Numbered from the stretch's first letter, positions 29,459 through 40,567 are shown. The stretch: 64,000 nt of DNA from Bacilli bacterium (GCA_045119035.1 JBGVCU010000034.1:2626-66625), one strand, 5' to 3'. Notes: generated by a model from the letters alone, not told the origin. Numbers and translations are program-made.

Positions 29459-31477
29459 TTAGTGTACTAAATAATCGTGTTTCTTTAAAGCTTTATGTGA
29501 TAATACAGTGAAAATTACACTAAATACTAAAGCAATACCGATTCCGATTAAAATAGAATATAATGGAATTTGGAAATATCCAAATGTCATGAAATCATAA
29601 TTAGATTTAAATATTGCGTTACAAATTAAAACAACAATAAATCCAAATACAAGTGATAAAATATAACCAAAGAATCCAATAATTAAATTATGTAAAGCAG
29701 AAACTCTCATAATTTGACCACAAGAAAGTCCAAAGCTTCTTGATAATGTTAATTCTTTACGATAGTTAGCAATTAATAAATAACTTAAAATTACACTACC
29801 AGCGATTGTTAAGATAACCATTGCTACAATTGCAACATTTACAGGAGTTGGCATAGAAGTAATTTTGTTAAATAATACAGAATAATCACTATCTAAAGAT
29901 GTAACAACAATTAAGTTTTCTCTTTCATTGCGGATAACACTTGCATTACGTTCGATAAATCTTGAATTATACATATAATCATCAGTTAAATTAATTAAAC
30001 CAATTGAGAAGAATAATTCTTGATCAAAATCAGGATTGTGATGACCAAAATCATAACTATCAGTAATAATTAAGTTTGATTTATATTCATTATCTTTAAA
30101 GATACCTGCAATTGGTAAAACAGTAAGATTTGCTTTATTATAAGATAATAATAATTTTTTACCTACTAATTCTTCAATTGAATTAAATACAGCTTCTGTA
30201 CTATCACCATCTTCGAAGAAATAAGTATCAAATGCATCTCTAAATTTCTTATTATGACTTGCTTTATTATTACGATGATTATTAATATAGTCTAAATATT
30301 TGCTAGCTTCAGTTTCACTAATGTAAATACCTTCAGCTTCATCTTCCCAAGAAGAACCAGGAAGAAGTTCATATGTAGTATCTTTTTCAGATTCTAAGAT
30401 TCTAAATAATGCAGCTGGATATGTATAACCAGTACCAGTAACATGGGCTTTAAATTCACCACCTGAAACGGCTAAGTTATAACCCCATTGAATAGTAAGT
30501 TCAGGGAATTCAAAATCAATTTGAGCTCTTGCTAATGCATCAATTACATCTGATGTATTAACATTAGCGTTTTGAATATTTCTTTTTAATGTTACTTGAT
30601 TAACTTCATTTTCATGTAAAGCTCTAGCGAAGTTTTCATGATCATTATTCATTGTAGTATTAGTAATTAAGAATAAAGAAATTGTAATACCAAGTAATAC
30701 CATTAAATAAATTGAACCACGAAGTAATGATGAAGAAATTTTGAATAAATTTTTAAATGAAAATTTATTTTCTTTAACATATAATCCAATATGTGGTTTA
30801 TCGTTTGATTCGTTAATAACTGTTACAGTAATTTGTTCATGTTGAACATGGTTAATTGTATGGGCTTCAAATGCAACAATTTGGTCTGCAATTTCTTTTG
30901 CAGTAGCTTGTAAAGCATTACCAACAAATACTAAATATTCTTTAGAAATATCTTTTAATAATTTCCAAATGTTTGCTACTTCTTCAGCGTTAAGTCTAGC
31001 AATTGGGTTATTTGCAATGATTACTTTTGGATCTTTTACTAATGCTCTAGCAATATCTAGGCAGTGTAGTTGATATTCAGATAATTCTGATACACTTGAA
31101 TTTCTATATTTTAATAGTCCAACTCTTTCTAATACTTCATGAATATATTTTTCATCAACTTTATCTTGGAAAGTTGCACATGAAGATAAAACATTTGCAA
31201 ATACTGTTTCATTTTCAATATATTGAGTGTTAGCAAATACTAAACCAATGTTATATAATCTATAATCATCAACTAATGCTGGATGATTTAATACGAAATC
31301 ATCAACAGTAATTTCTAATCCTTCAACATATTCAACACCTGCTAAATATTTAACAAGTGTTTTTGCACTTGATTCTTTTTTACCACAAATAAAAACTAAT
31401 CCAGTGTTTCCAAATGTTAAATTTATTCCATTAAAAACAGCTTTTGCTTTAGAACCGTTATATTTAATATTTAACAT
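29459..31477 (-). CDS. MacB-like ABC ATPase/permease with degenerate nucleotide-binding motifs
   Basis: ABC fold landmarks (TGLVFI.G, IGLVF, IARALVKDPKVII) but Walker A GKKESSAKT, signature LSEYQ, Walker B IIANNP; FtsX-like C-terminus. Confidence 0.8.
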   Translation of the reverse strand: MLNIKYNGSKAKAVFNGINLTFGNTGLVFICGKKESSAKTLVKYLAGVEYVEGLEITVDDFVLNHPALVDDYRLYNIGLVFANTQYIENETVFANVLSSCATFQDKVDEKYIHEVLERVGLLKYRNSSVSELSEYQLHCLDIARALVKDPKVIIANNPIARLNAEEVANIWKLLKDISKEYLVFVGNALQATAKEIADQIVAFEAHTINHVQHEQITVTVINESNDKPHIGLYVKENKFSFKNLFKISSSLLRGSIYLMVLLGITISLFLITNTTMNNDHENFARALHENEVNQVTLKRNIQNANVNTSDVIDALARAQIDFEFPELTIQWGYNLAVSGGEFKAHVTGTGYTYPAALFRILESEKDTTYELLPGSSWEDEAEGIYISETEASKYLDYINNHRNNKASHNKKFRDAFDTYFFEDGDSTEAVFNSIEELVGKKLLLSYNKANLTVLPIAGIFKDNEYKSNLIITDSYDFGHHNPDFDQELFFSIGLINLTDDYMYNSRFIERNASVIRNERENLIVVTSLDSDYSVLFNKITSMPTPVNVAIVAMVILTIAGSVILSYLLIANYRKELTLSRSFGLSCGQIMRVSALHNLIIGFFGYILSLVFGFIVVLICNAIFKSNYDFMTFGYFQIPLYSILIGIGIALVFSVIFTVLSHKALKKHDYLVH

Positions 31478-31646
31478 AATTAATTCCTTCCTTACTGTAA
31501 ATATAATTACAATTTTTCTCAAACATATTTTACCACATATATAGAATTTTGTCAAATCATACATTATTAATTTTTATATAAGTAAAAAAGCATATAAGTA
31601 TTTAACTTATATACTTTATATAATTTTGTATTTAATAAGAAAATTA

Positions 31647-32513
31647 TTATTTATTAAATTGTTTATGAAGTAATAATACCATTTCTCTTAATGTTTTACA
31701 AGCAACAGCAGTTGATGCCCCACTTGCATCATAATGAGGTGAAAGTTCTACAATATCAGCACCAACAACATTATTTAGTTTTGTAAAGTCTAAAATTGCA
31801 TCAAGTAATTCTTTGTATGTGATACCACCTGGTTCAGGTGTTCCTGTTCCAGGGAAGTATGCAGGGTCAAGTACATCTAAGTCAATCGTAATATATACTG
31901 GATGATCTTTAATTTCTTCAATCACTTCTTTTAAACCATTTAGATTAAATTTTTGTAAATGAGTATGAGTTTTTGCCCATTCGAATTCTTCTTTTGATCC
32001 ACTTCTAATACCGAATTGATAAATACGATTATCACCAAGTAAGTCATAACATTTTCTTAATACTGTAGCATGAGATAATTCCATACCAAAGAAATCTTCT
32101 CTTAAATCTGTATGTGCATCGAAATGAATTACTCTTAAATCAGGGTATTTTTTAGCCATCGCTCTAAATACACCAAGTGATACTAAATGTTCTCCCCCAA
32201 TCATCATTGGTCTTTTATTATCATTTATAATTTCTTGTGTTGTTTCTTCAATAATATCTAAACATCTTTTTACATCACCAATTGGTAAATCTAAGTCACC
32301 TGTATCACAAGTATTATAATCTTTTAAATCCATATCAAGATATGGGCTATACCATTCAACACCAAATGAATCAGTTCTAATAGCAGGACCAGCAAAACGT
32401 GTTCCTGGTCTAAAGCTACATGTTGTATCCATCGGACATGAAAATATTACAACATTTGCTTCATTATATTCACTTTCACAACTTTGAAAAGGGTTTGATA
32501 CTTTTTTTAACAT
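31647..32513 (-). CDS. speB: Agmatinase
   Basis: GGEHLVS, HFDAHTD, IDLDVLDP..PGTGTPEPGG. Confidence 0.95.
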   Translation of the reverse strand: MLKKVSNPFQSCESEYNEANVVIFSCPMDTTCSFRPGTRFAGPAIRTDSFGVEWYSPYLDMDLKDYNTCDTGDLDLPIGDVKRCLDIIEETTQEIINDNKRPMMIGGEHLVSLGVFRAMAKKYPDLRVIHFDAHTDLREDFFGMELSHATVLRKCYDLLGDNRIYQFGIRSGSKEEFEWAKTHTHLQKFNLNGLKEVIEEIKDHPVYITIDLDVLDPAYFPGTGTPEPGGITYKELLDAILDFTKLNNVVGADIVELSPHYDASGASTAVACKTLREMVLLLHKQFNK

Positions 32514-32522
32514 ATATTCCTC

Positions 32523-33962
32523 CTAAATTTTAGCTACCCTAATCATTCCATCAGGGCTATCTTTGTATAACACAATACCATCATTGATATACTCTAACAT
32601 AATATCAATAATGTTTTGATCGATTTGTTCACCAGCAACAATTAAAGGAATTCCTGGTGGATAAATCATAATTGATTCAGCAGATATATATCCTAGTGAA
32701 TCTTCAATTTTTACATCAAGTTTTTTAGAATTATATGCATCACGAGGTTTTATCATTTGTTTAGGATAATTTGTAAATATTTGGGTATTTTTCAATTCTT
32801 GTTTATTAATTGATTTTTCCATATCAATTAAAGCATTAGCTAAGTTATTAAGATCTTCTTTTGTAGTTGATGCACTTAATATAAATAAAACAACAAACTT
32901 TTCACCAAGCTCTGCTTGAATATTATATTTTTCTTTTAATAATTTGTAAGCTTTAAAACCGCTTATGCCAAGTTTTTTAAAACTAACAATTAATTTTGTA
33001 AAATCATATTGATAAGTAGATCTATCTAAAAAATATTTTTCATCTAAAATTTCGATAACATTTAAATCTTTTGTTTTTTCTTTAAAATATTTAAGATTGT
33101 CAAATAATTCTTTGATTTTTCTTTCCGCATTAAAATATAAATCTTTTCTAGCAACATCAATACTAGCAATAAGTAAACTTGAAGGAGATGTTGTTTGAAG
33201 CATATTTATAATTGTTCTAATTTCTGTATCTAACTCTAGTTTATTTGTCAGTAATATAGAACTTTGAGTTAATGAAAGACCTGTTTTATGCATTGAAGAA
33301 GCAACTATATCAGCATTTTTAGAAATTGCTGAATCTGGTAATAAATTAGAAAATGCATAATGTGTACCATGTGCTTCATCTACTAACACATATATATTTT
33401 TTTGGTGGGCATAATCAATAATATCTTCTAAATCTAATACTTCTCCAAAATATGTTGGATGTATTAAAAGAATAGCTTTTGCAAAGGGGTTATTATCTAT
33501 TGCTTGTTTTACAACTTGAGCACTTAAGTTTTTAGCAAAACCATATTCATAATCATACTCAGGTTCAATAAATATAGGGTTTGCTCCGCTTAGTATTATT
33601 GCATTAATTACTGATTTGTGAGCATTTCTAGGAAGTAATATATATTCGTTTTCTTTAACAACACTCATAATCATTACTTGAATTGCAGATGTACATCCGT
33701 TTACTAGAAAGTATGCTTTCTTTGCACCAAAGGCTTCAGCACAAAGTTCTTCAGCTTCTTTTATAACTGTTTTTGGTTTATTTAAATTATCTAAACCTAT
33801 AGGAGCATTAGCATCTAGTTTATATAAAATCTCACCACCATTTATAGTTAAGTCATTTTGAATTTCTCCAAGTTTATGACCAGGAACATCAAATGATGTT
33901 GTATTTGATTTTGAATATTTTAATAGTTCGGTGTAAAAAGGGGTTTTTTCTTGTCTATTCAT
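32523..33962 (-). CDS. speA: Arginine (Lys/Orn/Arg family) PLP decarboxylase
   Basis: FDVPGHK, PRNAHKS, DEAHG, SMHKT, TTSPS, YPPGIP; operon with agmatinase. Confidence 0.88.
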   Translation of the reverse strand: MNRQEKTPFYTELLKYSKSNTTSFDVPGHKLGEIQNDLTINGGEILYKLDANAPIGLDNLNKPKTVIKEAEELCAEAFGAKKAYFLVNGCTSAIQVMIMSVVKENEYILLPRNAHKSVINAIILSGANPIFIEPEYDYEYGFAKNLSAQVVKQAIDNNPFAKAILLIHPTYFGEVLDLEDIIDYAHQKNIYVLVDEAHGTHYAFSNLLPDSAISKNADIVASSMHKTGLSLTQSSILLTNKLELDTEIRTIINMLQTTSPSSLLIASIDVARKDLYFNAERKIKELFDNLKYFKEKTKDLNVIEILDEKYFLDRSTYQYDFTKLIVSFKKLGISGFKAYKLLKEKYNIQAELGEKFVVLFILSASTTKEDLNNLANALIDMEKSINKQELKNTQIFTNYPKQMIKPRDAYNSKKLDVKIEDSLGYISAESIMIYPPGIPLIVAGEQIDQNIIDIMLEYINDGIVLYKDSPDGMIRVAKI

Positions 33963-34082
33963 AAATGTGTCCTCTATTGTATGCTAATAGTATATCAAAA
34001 AATACATATTTTGCAAAATAATGTGAAAATATTTAATTATATGATATAATAAATTGTATAATAAAATTTGAGGAGTTTAAAA

Positions 34083-36677
34083 ATGATTAAAAAATTTAAT
34101 ATTTTATTTTTATTTCTTCTTTGTTTTTTAATAGCTGGATGTACTCAACCAGGTACTAATCCATCAGATAAAGAGCCAGGAGGAAATACTGACCCAACAC
34201 TAGATAAAATATATGTAACAAATTATTATGAATTTACAAAATGTTATGTTACATATATTGAAACAAATGAACAAATAGAACTAGTTCCTGAAGGAAATTG
34301 TTTTGTTGGAGAGATTTTAGATGATGAAGCAATCATCATTCATGATGGTACAACATATCTTCCAGAAACAACATTCCATAAAGAAAAACCATATTACTAT
34401 AATACTAAATGGTTTAGTGAAAAAATTAATCCGGATAATATTGTTTATTTTTCAACAAGTAATGATTTATCAAACCCATATTTAGTATTTAATGTTGGTG
34501 ATATTTCAGTAAATGTTCCAATGAGATTTTATAAATCAGGATTATACTACGGATATATTGATTCAAGAGCGAGTACTTATTATTATCAAGATAGTATTAC
34601 TTTAGAAAAAACTCAAGATTTAACATATTCAGAAAATAATTTATATAAAAATAATGCATTAACAAAATACGAAGGAGAAAATCCTGAAAATCCTAATCCA
34701 GAAATTCCTGGAATTCCTAATAATGCTATATTTATGAACATTCCTGATCATTGGAGTAATTGTTACTACTATATGTGGAATGATGAAGGAAATGATAAAA
34801 ATTGGCCTGGACGTCAAGCAATTAAAGTAAGTGATAATATTTATTACTTCTTATTTGATGAAGAATATCCTAACTTTATTTTTAACTGTGGTCCAGAAGG
34901 TGCCTCTCATCCTACACAAACAGAAAATTTACATATCGATATGTGTGGAGTATTAAAAAATCCAATGTATTCTTTTGTTGATGAAAAATTTAGAGAATAC
35001 AATGGTGGACCAGTTGAAGATAATCCACAATATGATTATAGCGAAACTTCAATTTATGCAGTTTTACCTACTGGATGGGATAGAATTTTTGTTAACTATG
35101 AATATGCACAAAATACATATCGTAGTGAATTAATTTATGCTGAGAATAATATATATACTGCATTAATCTATAAAGAATGTGATGTTGTATATTTCGATAA
35201 TGGGGATGGTGTAGAAACATCTAAATATAACTTTAATAGTGAAACTAACTATTATAACAATGGAACATGGTCTAAATTTAATCCTGACTTACTTGTTCCA
35301 AGTGATCCTGTTTTACCAGATAATCCTCAATTTACAGATGATTTAGATATTTATAATGCTTTATTTGATCCTAAAAATAAAATTAGAATCACAATTAATA
35401 TTAGTGATAGTGAATTATTAAAGATTCAAAAAGACTATGAAAAATTTAAAAATATGGGTTCTAAATCTCCAACTTATCGTATTTGTGATTTAACAATTTG
35501 GATCAACAACGATAGCTTTACTATTGAAGAAGTTGGAGTAAGAATGAAAGGAAACACATCTAGACGTGATTTCTATTCAGAAAATGATGGAATTTATGCT
35601 TTAATTCATTATAAATTTAAATTCTGTGAAACTTTTGATGATGAGGAAGAATATACTGAATCTGAAAGAAAAGTTTGGGAATCAGATGAAGCTAGAAAAG
35701 AAAGAAAAAATCGTACTTTTGCTACACTTGAAGGACTAGAAGCTAAATGGAATAAAAATTATGATGGTACACATATTCGTACATATTTAGCTCATGATTT
35801 ATTTGAACAAAATGGATATTTAGCTCAACAACATAACTTAGCTCAATTTTCTATTACAAATAAAGGTAAATTAGAAAATATAGGTATTTTCGATTTAACT
35901 GAACCTGTTGATGAATATTTCTTAGAAAAACATTTACCTGAAGAAGATTTAGGTGGAGATCTATACAAAGTTGGATGGACTTCTAAAGGAGGAAGCTTAA
36001 CTACTGATACACTAGATTCAATTGGTAAAGAAGATGAACTTAAAGGTAAGTTCTATGTTTATGACATCAAAACTAATAAGAAAACTACTGATCACTCTGC
36101 ACTTATTAATTTTATTAATGTAATTAATACAAAAGGATCTGATTTAGAATCTGTATGTGATATGGAAATGTTTACTAAATTTGCTGCTTTATCATATATG
36201 TGTGGTAACCCTGATGATTATCGTTTTAATTATAATAACTACTATATATATTTCTTAAAGAGTTCTAATAAAGCAATCTTTATTCCATATGATATGGATA
36301 GATGTTACGGAACAACAAGAGATATGAATCCATTTGGTGATGGTACAAGTAAAGTTGATCCACTTACAACTAAATATTCTTTTGGAGATCAAAAGAATCC
36401 ACTTATTTTAAGAAGTGTTACAAATAGTGGAGAAACTAAATATATTAATATGTATTTATCATATTTAAAAGAATTCTCAAATAATGAAGTATTTAATATG
36501 ACATATATTAATAATTTATATGCTCAAGCAAAAGCATACTATGGTAATGATTGGCAACCAACTATCGAAAGAGCAAAAGGATTCGGAATTAAATTTACAA
36601 TGAATGATGATAACTATAGTATTAGCGAATATGTAGCTAATATTAAAAATCAATGTAACAGATATAGTTTAAGATAA
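34083..36677 (+). CDS. Lipoprotein with starch-binding CBM26-like module(s) and a CotH-family kinase domain
   Basis: Lipobox IAGC; YYYMWND...WPG...FIFN; GVRMKGNTSR, GDLYK, NNYYIY, FIPYDMD. Confidence 0.85.
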   Translation: MIKKFNILFLFLLCFLIAGCTQPGTNPSDKEPGGNTDPTLDKIYVTNYYEFTKCYVTYIETNEQIELVPEGNCFVGEILDDEAIIIHDGTTYLPETTFHKEKPYYYNTKWFSEKINPDNIVYFSTSNDLSNPYLVFNVGDISVNVPMRFYKSGLYYGYIDSRASTYYYQDSITLEKTQDLTYSENNLYKNNALTKYEGENPENPNPEIPGIPNNAIFMNIPDHWSNCYYYMWNDEGNDKNWPGRQAIKVSDNIYYFLFDEEYPNFIFNCGPEGASHPTQTENLHIDMCGVLKNPMYSFVDEKFREYNGGPVEDNPQYDYSETSIYAVLPTGWDRIFVNYEYAQNTYRSELIYAENNIYTALIYKECDVVYFDNGDGVETSKYNFNSETNYYNNGTWSKFNPDLLVPSDPVLPDNPQFTDDLDIYNALFDPKNKIRITINISDSELLKIQKDYEKFKNMGSKSPTYRICDLTIWINNDSFTIEEVGVRMKGNTSRRDFYSENDGIYALIHYKFKFCETFDDEEEYTESERKVWESDEARKERKNRTFATLEGLEAKWNKNYDGTHIRTYLAHDLFEQNGYLAQQHNLAQFSITNKGKLENIGIFDLTEPVDEYFLEKHLPEEDLGGDLYKVGWTSKGGSLTTDTLDSIGKEDELKGKFYVYDIKTNKKTTDHSALINFINVINTKGSDLESVCDMEMFTKFAALSYMCGNPDDYRFNYNNYYIYFLKSSNKAIFIPYDMDRCYGTTRDMNPFGDGTSKVDPLTTKYSFGDQKNPLILRSVTNSGETKYINMYLSYLKEFSNNEVFNMTYINNLYAQAKAYYGNDWQPTIERAKGFGIKFTMNDDNYSISEYVANIKNQCNRYSLR

Positions 36678-36683
36678 TAAATT

Positions 36684-36721
36684 AAAATACGTATCTATTA
36701 AATTAGATACGTATTTTTTTT
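36684..36721 (+). terminator. Intrinsic terminator
   Basis: AAAATACGTATCTA-ttaaat-TAGATACGTATTTTTT. Confidence 0.8.
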
Positions 36722-36825
36722 ATTTTAAATAATTTAAAGTAATTCCATCTATTTATTTTTAAATATTAGGCCCATTTTAAGCCAAATTTCGCATTTTTAA
36801 TTTAAAACAGGGAAATTATTAGGTA

Positions 36826-38106
36826 TTATAAATATTTATCTATTTCCCATTTAGTTATTACCGAGTTAAATTCATAAATTTCTTGTAGTTTTAAATACAT
36901 ATATTTATTATATAATTCTTTATTTAAGACTGTTTGAAGATATTTTGAAGTCTTATAAAATTGGTATGCTTCTAATAAAGAAGTAGGTAAATTATTTTTA
37001 ATTTTAAGATTATTTAAATCAATATTAAGTTTTTTATTTATACCACTAAGACCTAATTCTAAGATAATAAAACTTGTAAAATATATATTTGTTAAAGAAT
37101 CTATATTTCTTAGTTCAATTCTATTTATTAAATTATTTGTAATAGGTACTCTAATCATACTTTTACGGCTATTATATGACCAATTGATTTTTTTAGGTAC
37201 TTCTTCTTTTTTATTTAGTCTTTTATATGAGTTTATTGTTGAATTAAAAATTAATGATACTTCTTTAGAATGTAATAATATACCATTTATAAAGTTTAGT
37301 GTTAAGTCATTTATTTTATTAGGTGATTCAAATAAATTAATACCATTTTTAAATACAGAACAATTATAATGTAAACCAGAACTTGCTAAATTATTTTGTA
37401 GTTTAGGAATTAAAGTAATTTTTATATTTTCTTTATACTCTAGTTCATTTACTAATAATTTAAATATTTGAAATTTATCACAAGTAAGTAATACATCATC
37501 ATATTTTAATGAAATTTCATATTGACTAGCTCCAGCTTCATGATGAAAACATTCAACATTTAAATTATTCTTTTCTAATAAAAATACAAGTTTATTTAAA
37601 ATACATGTACTTTTTTTATTATGTAATATATCTAAATATTTATTGTTATCTATTTTATTTAATGTATTATCTAAAATATAAAATTCTATTTCTAAACCAA
37701 CTTTAAATTCTATTGGATATATTTCTTTAATTTTATTTTTTAGAAGTGTTCTAGTACATAAGGGATGAACTTTGTTTTTATCTTCATATATGTCGCAAAA
37801 AAACACTGCAATATTTTCATTATATAATTTAATTATACGTAAGCTATTTAAATCAGCTTTTAAATATAATGTTGAATTATAAACATTATTAAATCCTAAA
37901 ATGTTTGATCCATCTATTGAAATATAGTTTACAAAAATTTCATTCAATTTATTTAGTGGGTAACTTATACCTTTAATATTGCCTAATAAATCTGTGAATA
38001 TTAGTTTAATATAACTAATATTACTTTTTTTAATTTCATTTATTATATCTTGCTTTAAGATAATTAACACTCCTTTTATAGTGATTATTATTTGACTAAA
38101 ATTCAA
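36826..38106 (-). CDS. glnA: Glutamine synthetase type I family, divergent; start uncertain
   Basis: FTDLLG, IDGS, GLEIEFY, HHEAGASQYEI, SGLH, NSYKRL, IRVP, RIELR. Confidence 0.85.
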   Translation of the reverse strand: MNFSQIIITIKGVLIILKQDIINEIKKSNISYIKLIFTDLLGNIKGISYPLNKLNEIFVNYISIDGSNILGFNNVYNSTLYLKADLNSLRIIKLYNENIAVFFCDIYEDKNKVHPLCTRTLLKNKIKEIYPIEFKVGLEIEFYILDNTLNKIDNNKYLDILHNKKSTCILNKLVFLLEKNNLNVECFHHEAGASQYEISLKYDDVLLTCDKFQIFKLLVNELEYKENIKITLIPKLQNNLASSGLHYNCSVFKNGINLFESPNKINDLTLNFINGILLHSKEVSLIFNSTINSYKRLNKKEEVPKKINWSYNSRKSMIRVPITNNLINRIELRNIDSLTNIYFTSFIILELGLSGINKKLNIDLNNLKIKNNLPTSLLEAYQFYKTSKYLQTVLNKELYNKYMYLKLQEIYEFNSVITKWEIDKYL

Positions 38107-38143
38107 TATTTTGATATTATACTTAAAGAAAGTAGGTGTTATA

Positions 38144-40513
38144 TTGAATAAATCTATTACTTATCGTTTAGAAAAAAATAAGGTATTTATTAAATCTAAT
38201 GATAGAGAATTATTAATTGAATTTATTAATGATAAAATTTTTAGAGTTTATGAAGAGTTAGAAAGAAAAACAAATAGTTTTGCAATTGAAAAATTGGAAA
38301 CTAAAGATGTTGAACTTTCTATTGAAATTAATATTGATTCATTAATTATTAAATCTAGAATTTTATCTATTAAAGTATATGATAATCTTATGTTAGATAT
38401 TTATCATTTTGATAAATTATTATGTGAAGATTATAAAGGAAAAAGAAATCCTTTCAAACGTCATGCAATATCTACATATGAAACAGACGAAGAAAAGGAA
38501 AAAGCAAAAGCTTTAAGTTTAGCTGAAGGACATGAATCAAATGATGATGATGTAAATCATCATAAGATTGAAGTTTTAAAAGTAAATAATCAAAATAATA
38601 TATATTATGCATTAGGAGAAAAAACAGGTTTCTTAAATAAACAAGGATATGAATACGAAATGTGGAACACTGATGAACCATCAGCACACCTTGAATATTT
38701 TAAAACACTTTATAAATCAGTTCCTTTCTATATTTCTTTTAACAATGTAGCATCATATGGAATTTTCTTTGATAATACGTATAAAACATATTTTGATATG
38801 GGAAAAGAAAATTCTGAATATATCTATTTTGGTTCTGATAATGGTAATTTAGATTATTATTTTATTTACGGACCAAGTTTAAAAGATGTTGTTAGTAATT
38901 ATATTTCACTTACTGGTAAAACACCTCTACCTAAAAGAAAGATGTTAGGTATTCATCAATCTCGTTGGTCTTATGGAACAAAAGAAAGAGTTGATGAAAT
39001 AATAAATGGATATATTGATAATGATTTACCACTTGATGTTATTCATTTAGATATTGACTATATGGATAACTATAAAGTATTTACATATGATAAATCAAGA
39101 TTTGATTTAAAAAATAATATTGAAGAATGGAAAAATAAAGGAATTGAAGTTGTAACTATAATTGATCCAGGAACAAAAGTGGAAAAAGGTTACTTCATGT
39201 ATGAAGACGGAATTAAAAATAATTATTTCGCAACTCGTAACAATGAAGTATATGTAAATAGTGTTTGGCCAGGAAAAAGCGTCTTCCCTGATTTTTCAAA
39301 AGAAACTACACGTAGTTGGTGGGGAAAATCTCAAAAGATTATGACCGACTTTGGTGTAAGTGGTATTTGGAATGACATGAATGAACCAGCTTCATTTGAA
39401 GGTCCACTTCCTGATGATGTAGAATTTGATAAAGATGGACAAAAAGCAAATCATTTAGAAATTCATAATGTATACGGACACTTAATGGCTAAGGCTACAT
39501 TTGAAGGGCTTAAAGAAGCAACAAATGAACGCCCTTACGTCTTAACTCGTGCAGCATATGCTGGAAGCCAAAAGTATACTTCTTTTTGGACAGGTGATAA
39601 CCAAAGCTTATGGATTCATCTTCAAATGGCTATTCCAATGCTTTGTAACATGAGCCTTAGTGGCTTTAGTTTTATAGGTACTGATATTGGTGGATTTGGA
39701 GGAGATGTTACAAAAGAACTTCTTATTAGATGGGCACAAGTTGGAGTATTTTTCCCTCTATGTAGAAACCATTCAGCAATGATGACACGTGATCAAGAGC
39801 CTTTCTCATTTGATAAAGAAACTATTTCTATTTATAGAAAAGCCTTAAAAATTAGAGAAAGTTTAATACCATATTATTATGACTTATTTTATCATGGAGA
39901 ACAAAACAATACACCAGTAATGTTACCACTTGTATATTACTATCAAGATGATGAAAATACTTATAATTTAAATGATCAATTTATGATTGGCGATAGTATT
40001 ATGGTAGCTCCAGTTTTAGAACAAGGAAAAACGAAAAGAATGGTATATCTTCCTAAAGGCACATGGTATAACATTAATAATCATAAAACATATGCTGGTA
40101 ATCAATATATTGTAGAAGATGCACCACTTGATACTTGTCCAATATATGTAAAAGATTCTTCACTTATTCCAACATATGATAATATTAATCATATAAATGA
40201 ACAAAATAATATAGTATTTAATATTTTCCCTGGAAATTCATCTTATGAACATATATACGATGATGGTAAATCATATGATTATAGAAATAATATATTAACT
40301 TCATATAATATAAAAACAACTCAAATTAATGATAGTTTATTAATTGATGTTGATGTTACAAATAATTACAAAACATATGAAAATGTAATTTATAGAATTT
40401 ATAATACAAAAGGTAATATATTTGTTGATGATAAATTAATTGATACTAATAATAAATCTAACTATTTAGAAATTAAACTAGACGGATTATCTCACAAAGT
40501 AGAAATTAAATAA
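38144..40513 (+). CDS. GH31 alpha-glucosidase
   Basis: HLDIDYMD, WNDMNEP, WTGDN, GTDIGGF; TTG start after AGGTG. Confidence 0.95.
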   Translation: MNKSITYRLEKNKVFIKSNDRELLIEFINDKIFRVYEELERKTNSFAIEKLETKDVELSIEINIDSLIIKSRILSIKVYDNLMLDIYHFDKLLCEDYKGKRNPFKRHAISTYETDEEKEKAKALSLAEGHESNDDDVNHHKIEVLKVNNQNNIYYALGEKTGFLNKQGYEYEMWNTDEPSAHLEYFKTLYKSVPFYISFNNVASYGIFFDNTYKTYFDMGKENSEYIYFGSDNGNLDYYFIYGPSLKDVVSNYISLTGKTPLPKRKMLGIHQSRWSYGTKERVDEIINGYIDNDLPLDVIHLDIDYMDNYKVFTYDKSRFDLKNNIEEWKNKGIEVVTIIDPGTKVEKGYFMYEDGIKNNYFATRNNEVYVNSVWPGKSVFPDFSKETTRSWWGKSQKIMTDFGVSGIWNDMNEPASFEGPLPDDVEFDKDGQKANHLEIHNVYGHLMAKATFEGLKEATNERPYVLTRAAYAGSQKYTSFWTGDNQSLWIHLQMAIPMLCNMSLSGFSFIGTDIGGFGGDVTKELLIRWAQVGVFFPLCRNHSAMMTRDQEPFSFDKETISIYRKALKIRESLIPYYYDLFYHGEQNNTPVMLPLVYYYQDDENTYNLNDQFMIGDSIMVAPVLEQGKTKRMVYLPKGTWYNINNHKTYAGNQYIVEDAPLDTCPIYVKDSSLIPTYDNINHINEQNNIVFNIFPGNSSYEHIYDDGKSYDYRNNILTSYNIKTTQINDSLLIDVDVTNNYKTYENVIYRIYNTKGNIFVDDKLIDTNNKSNYLEIKLDGLSHKVEIK

Positions 40514-40526
40514 TATAGAAATAAAA

Positions 40527-40564
40527 TAAAAGATTAAACTAACAAAAGTCAGTTTAATCTTTTT
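40527..40564. terminator. Bidirectional terminator
   Basis: AAAAGATTAAACT..../....AGTTTAATCTTTT inverted repeat between convergent genes. Confidence 0.75.
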
Positions 40565-40567
40565 CAT

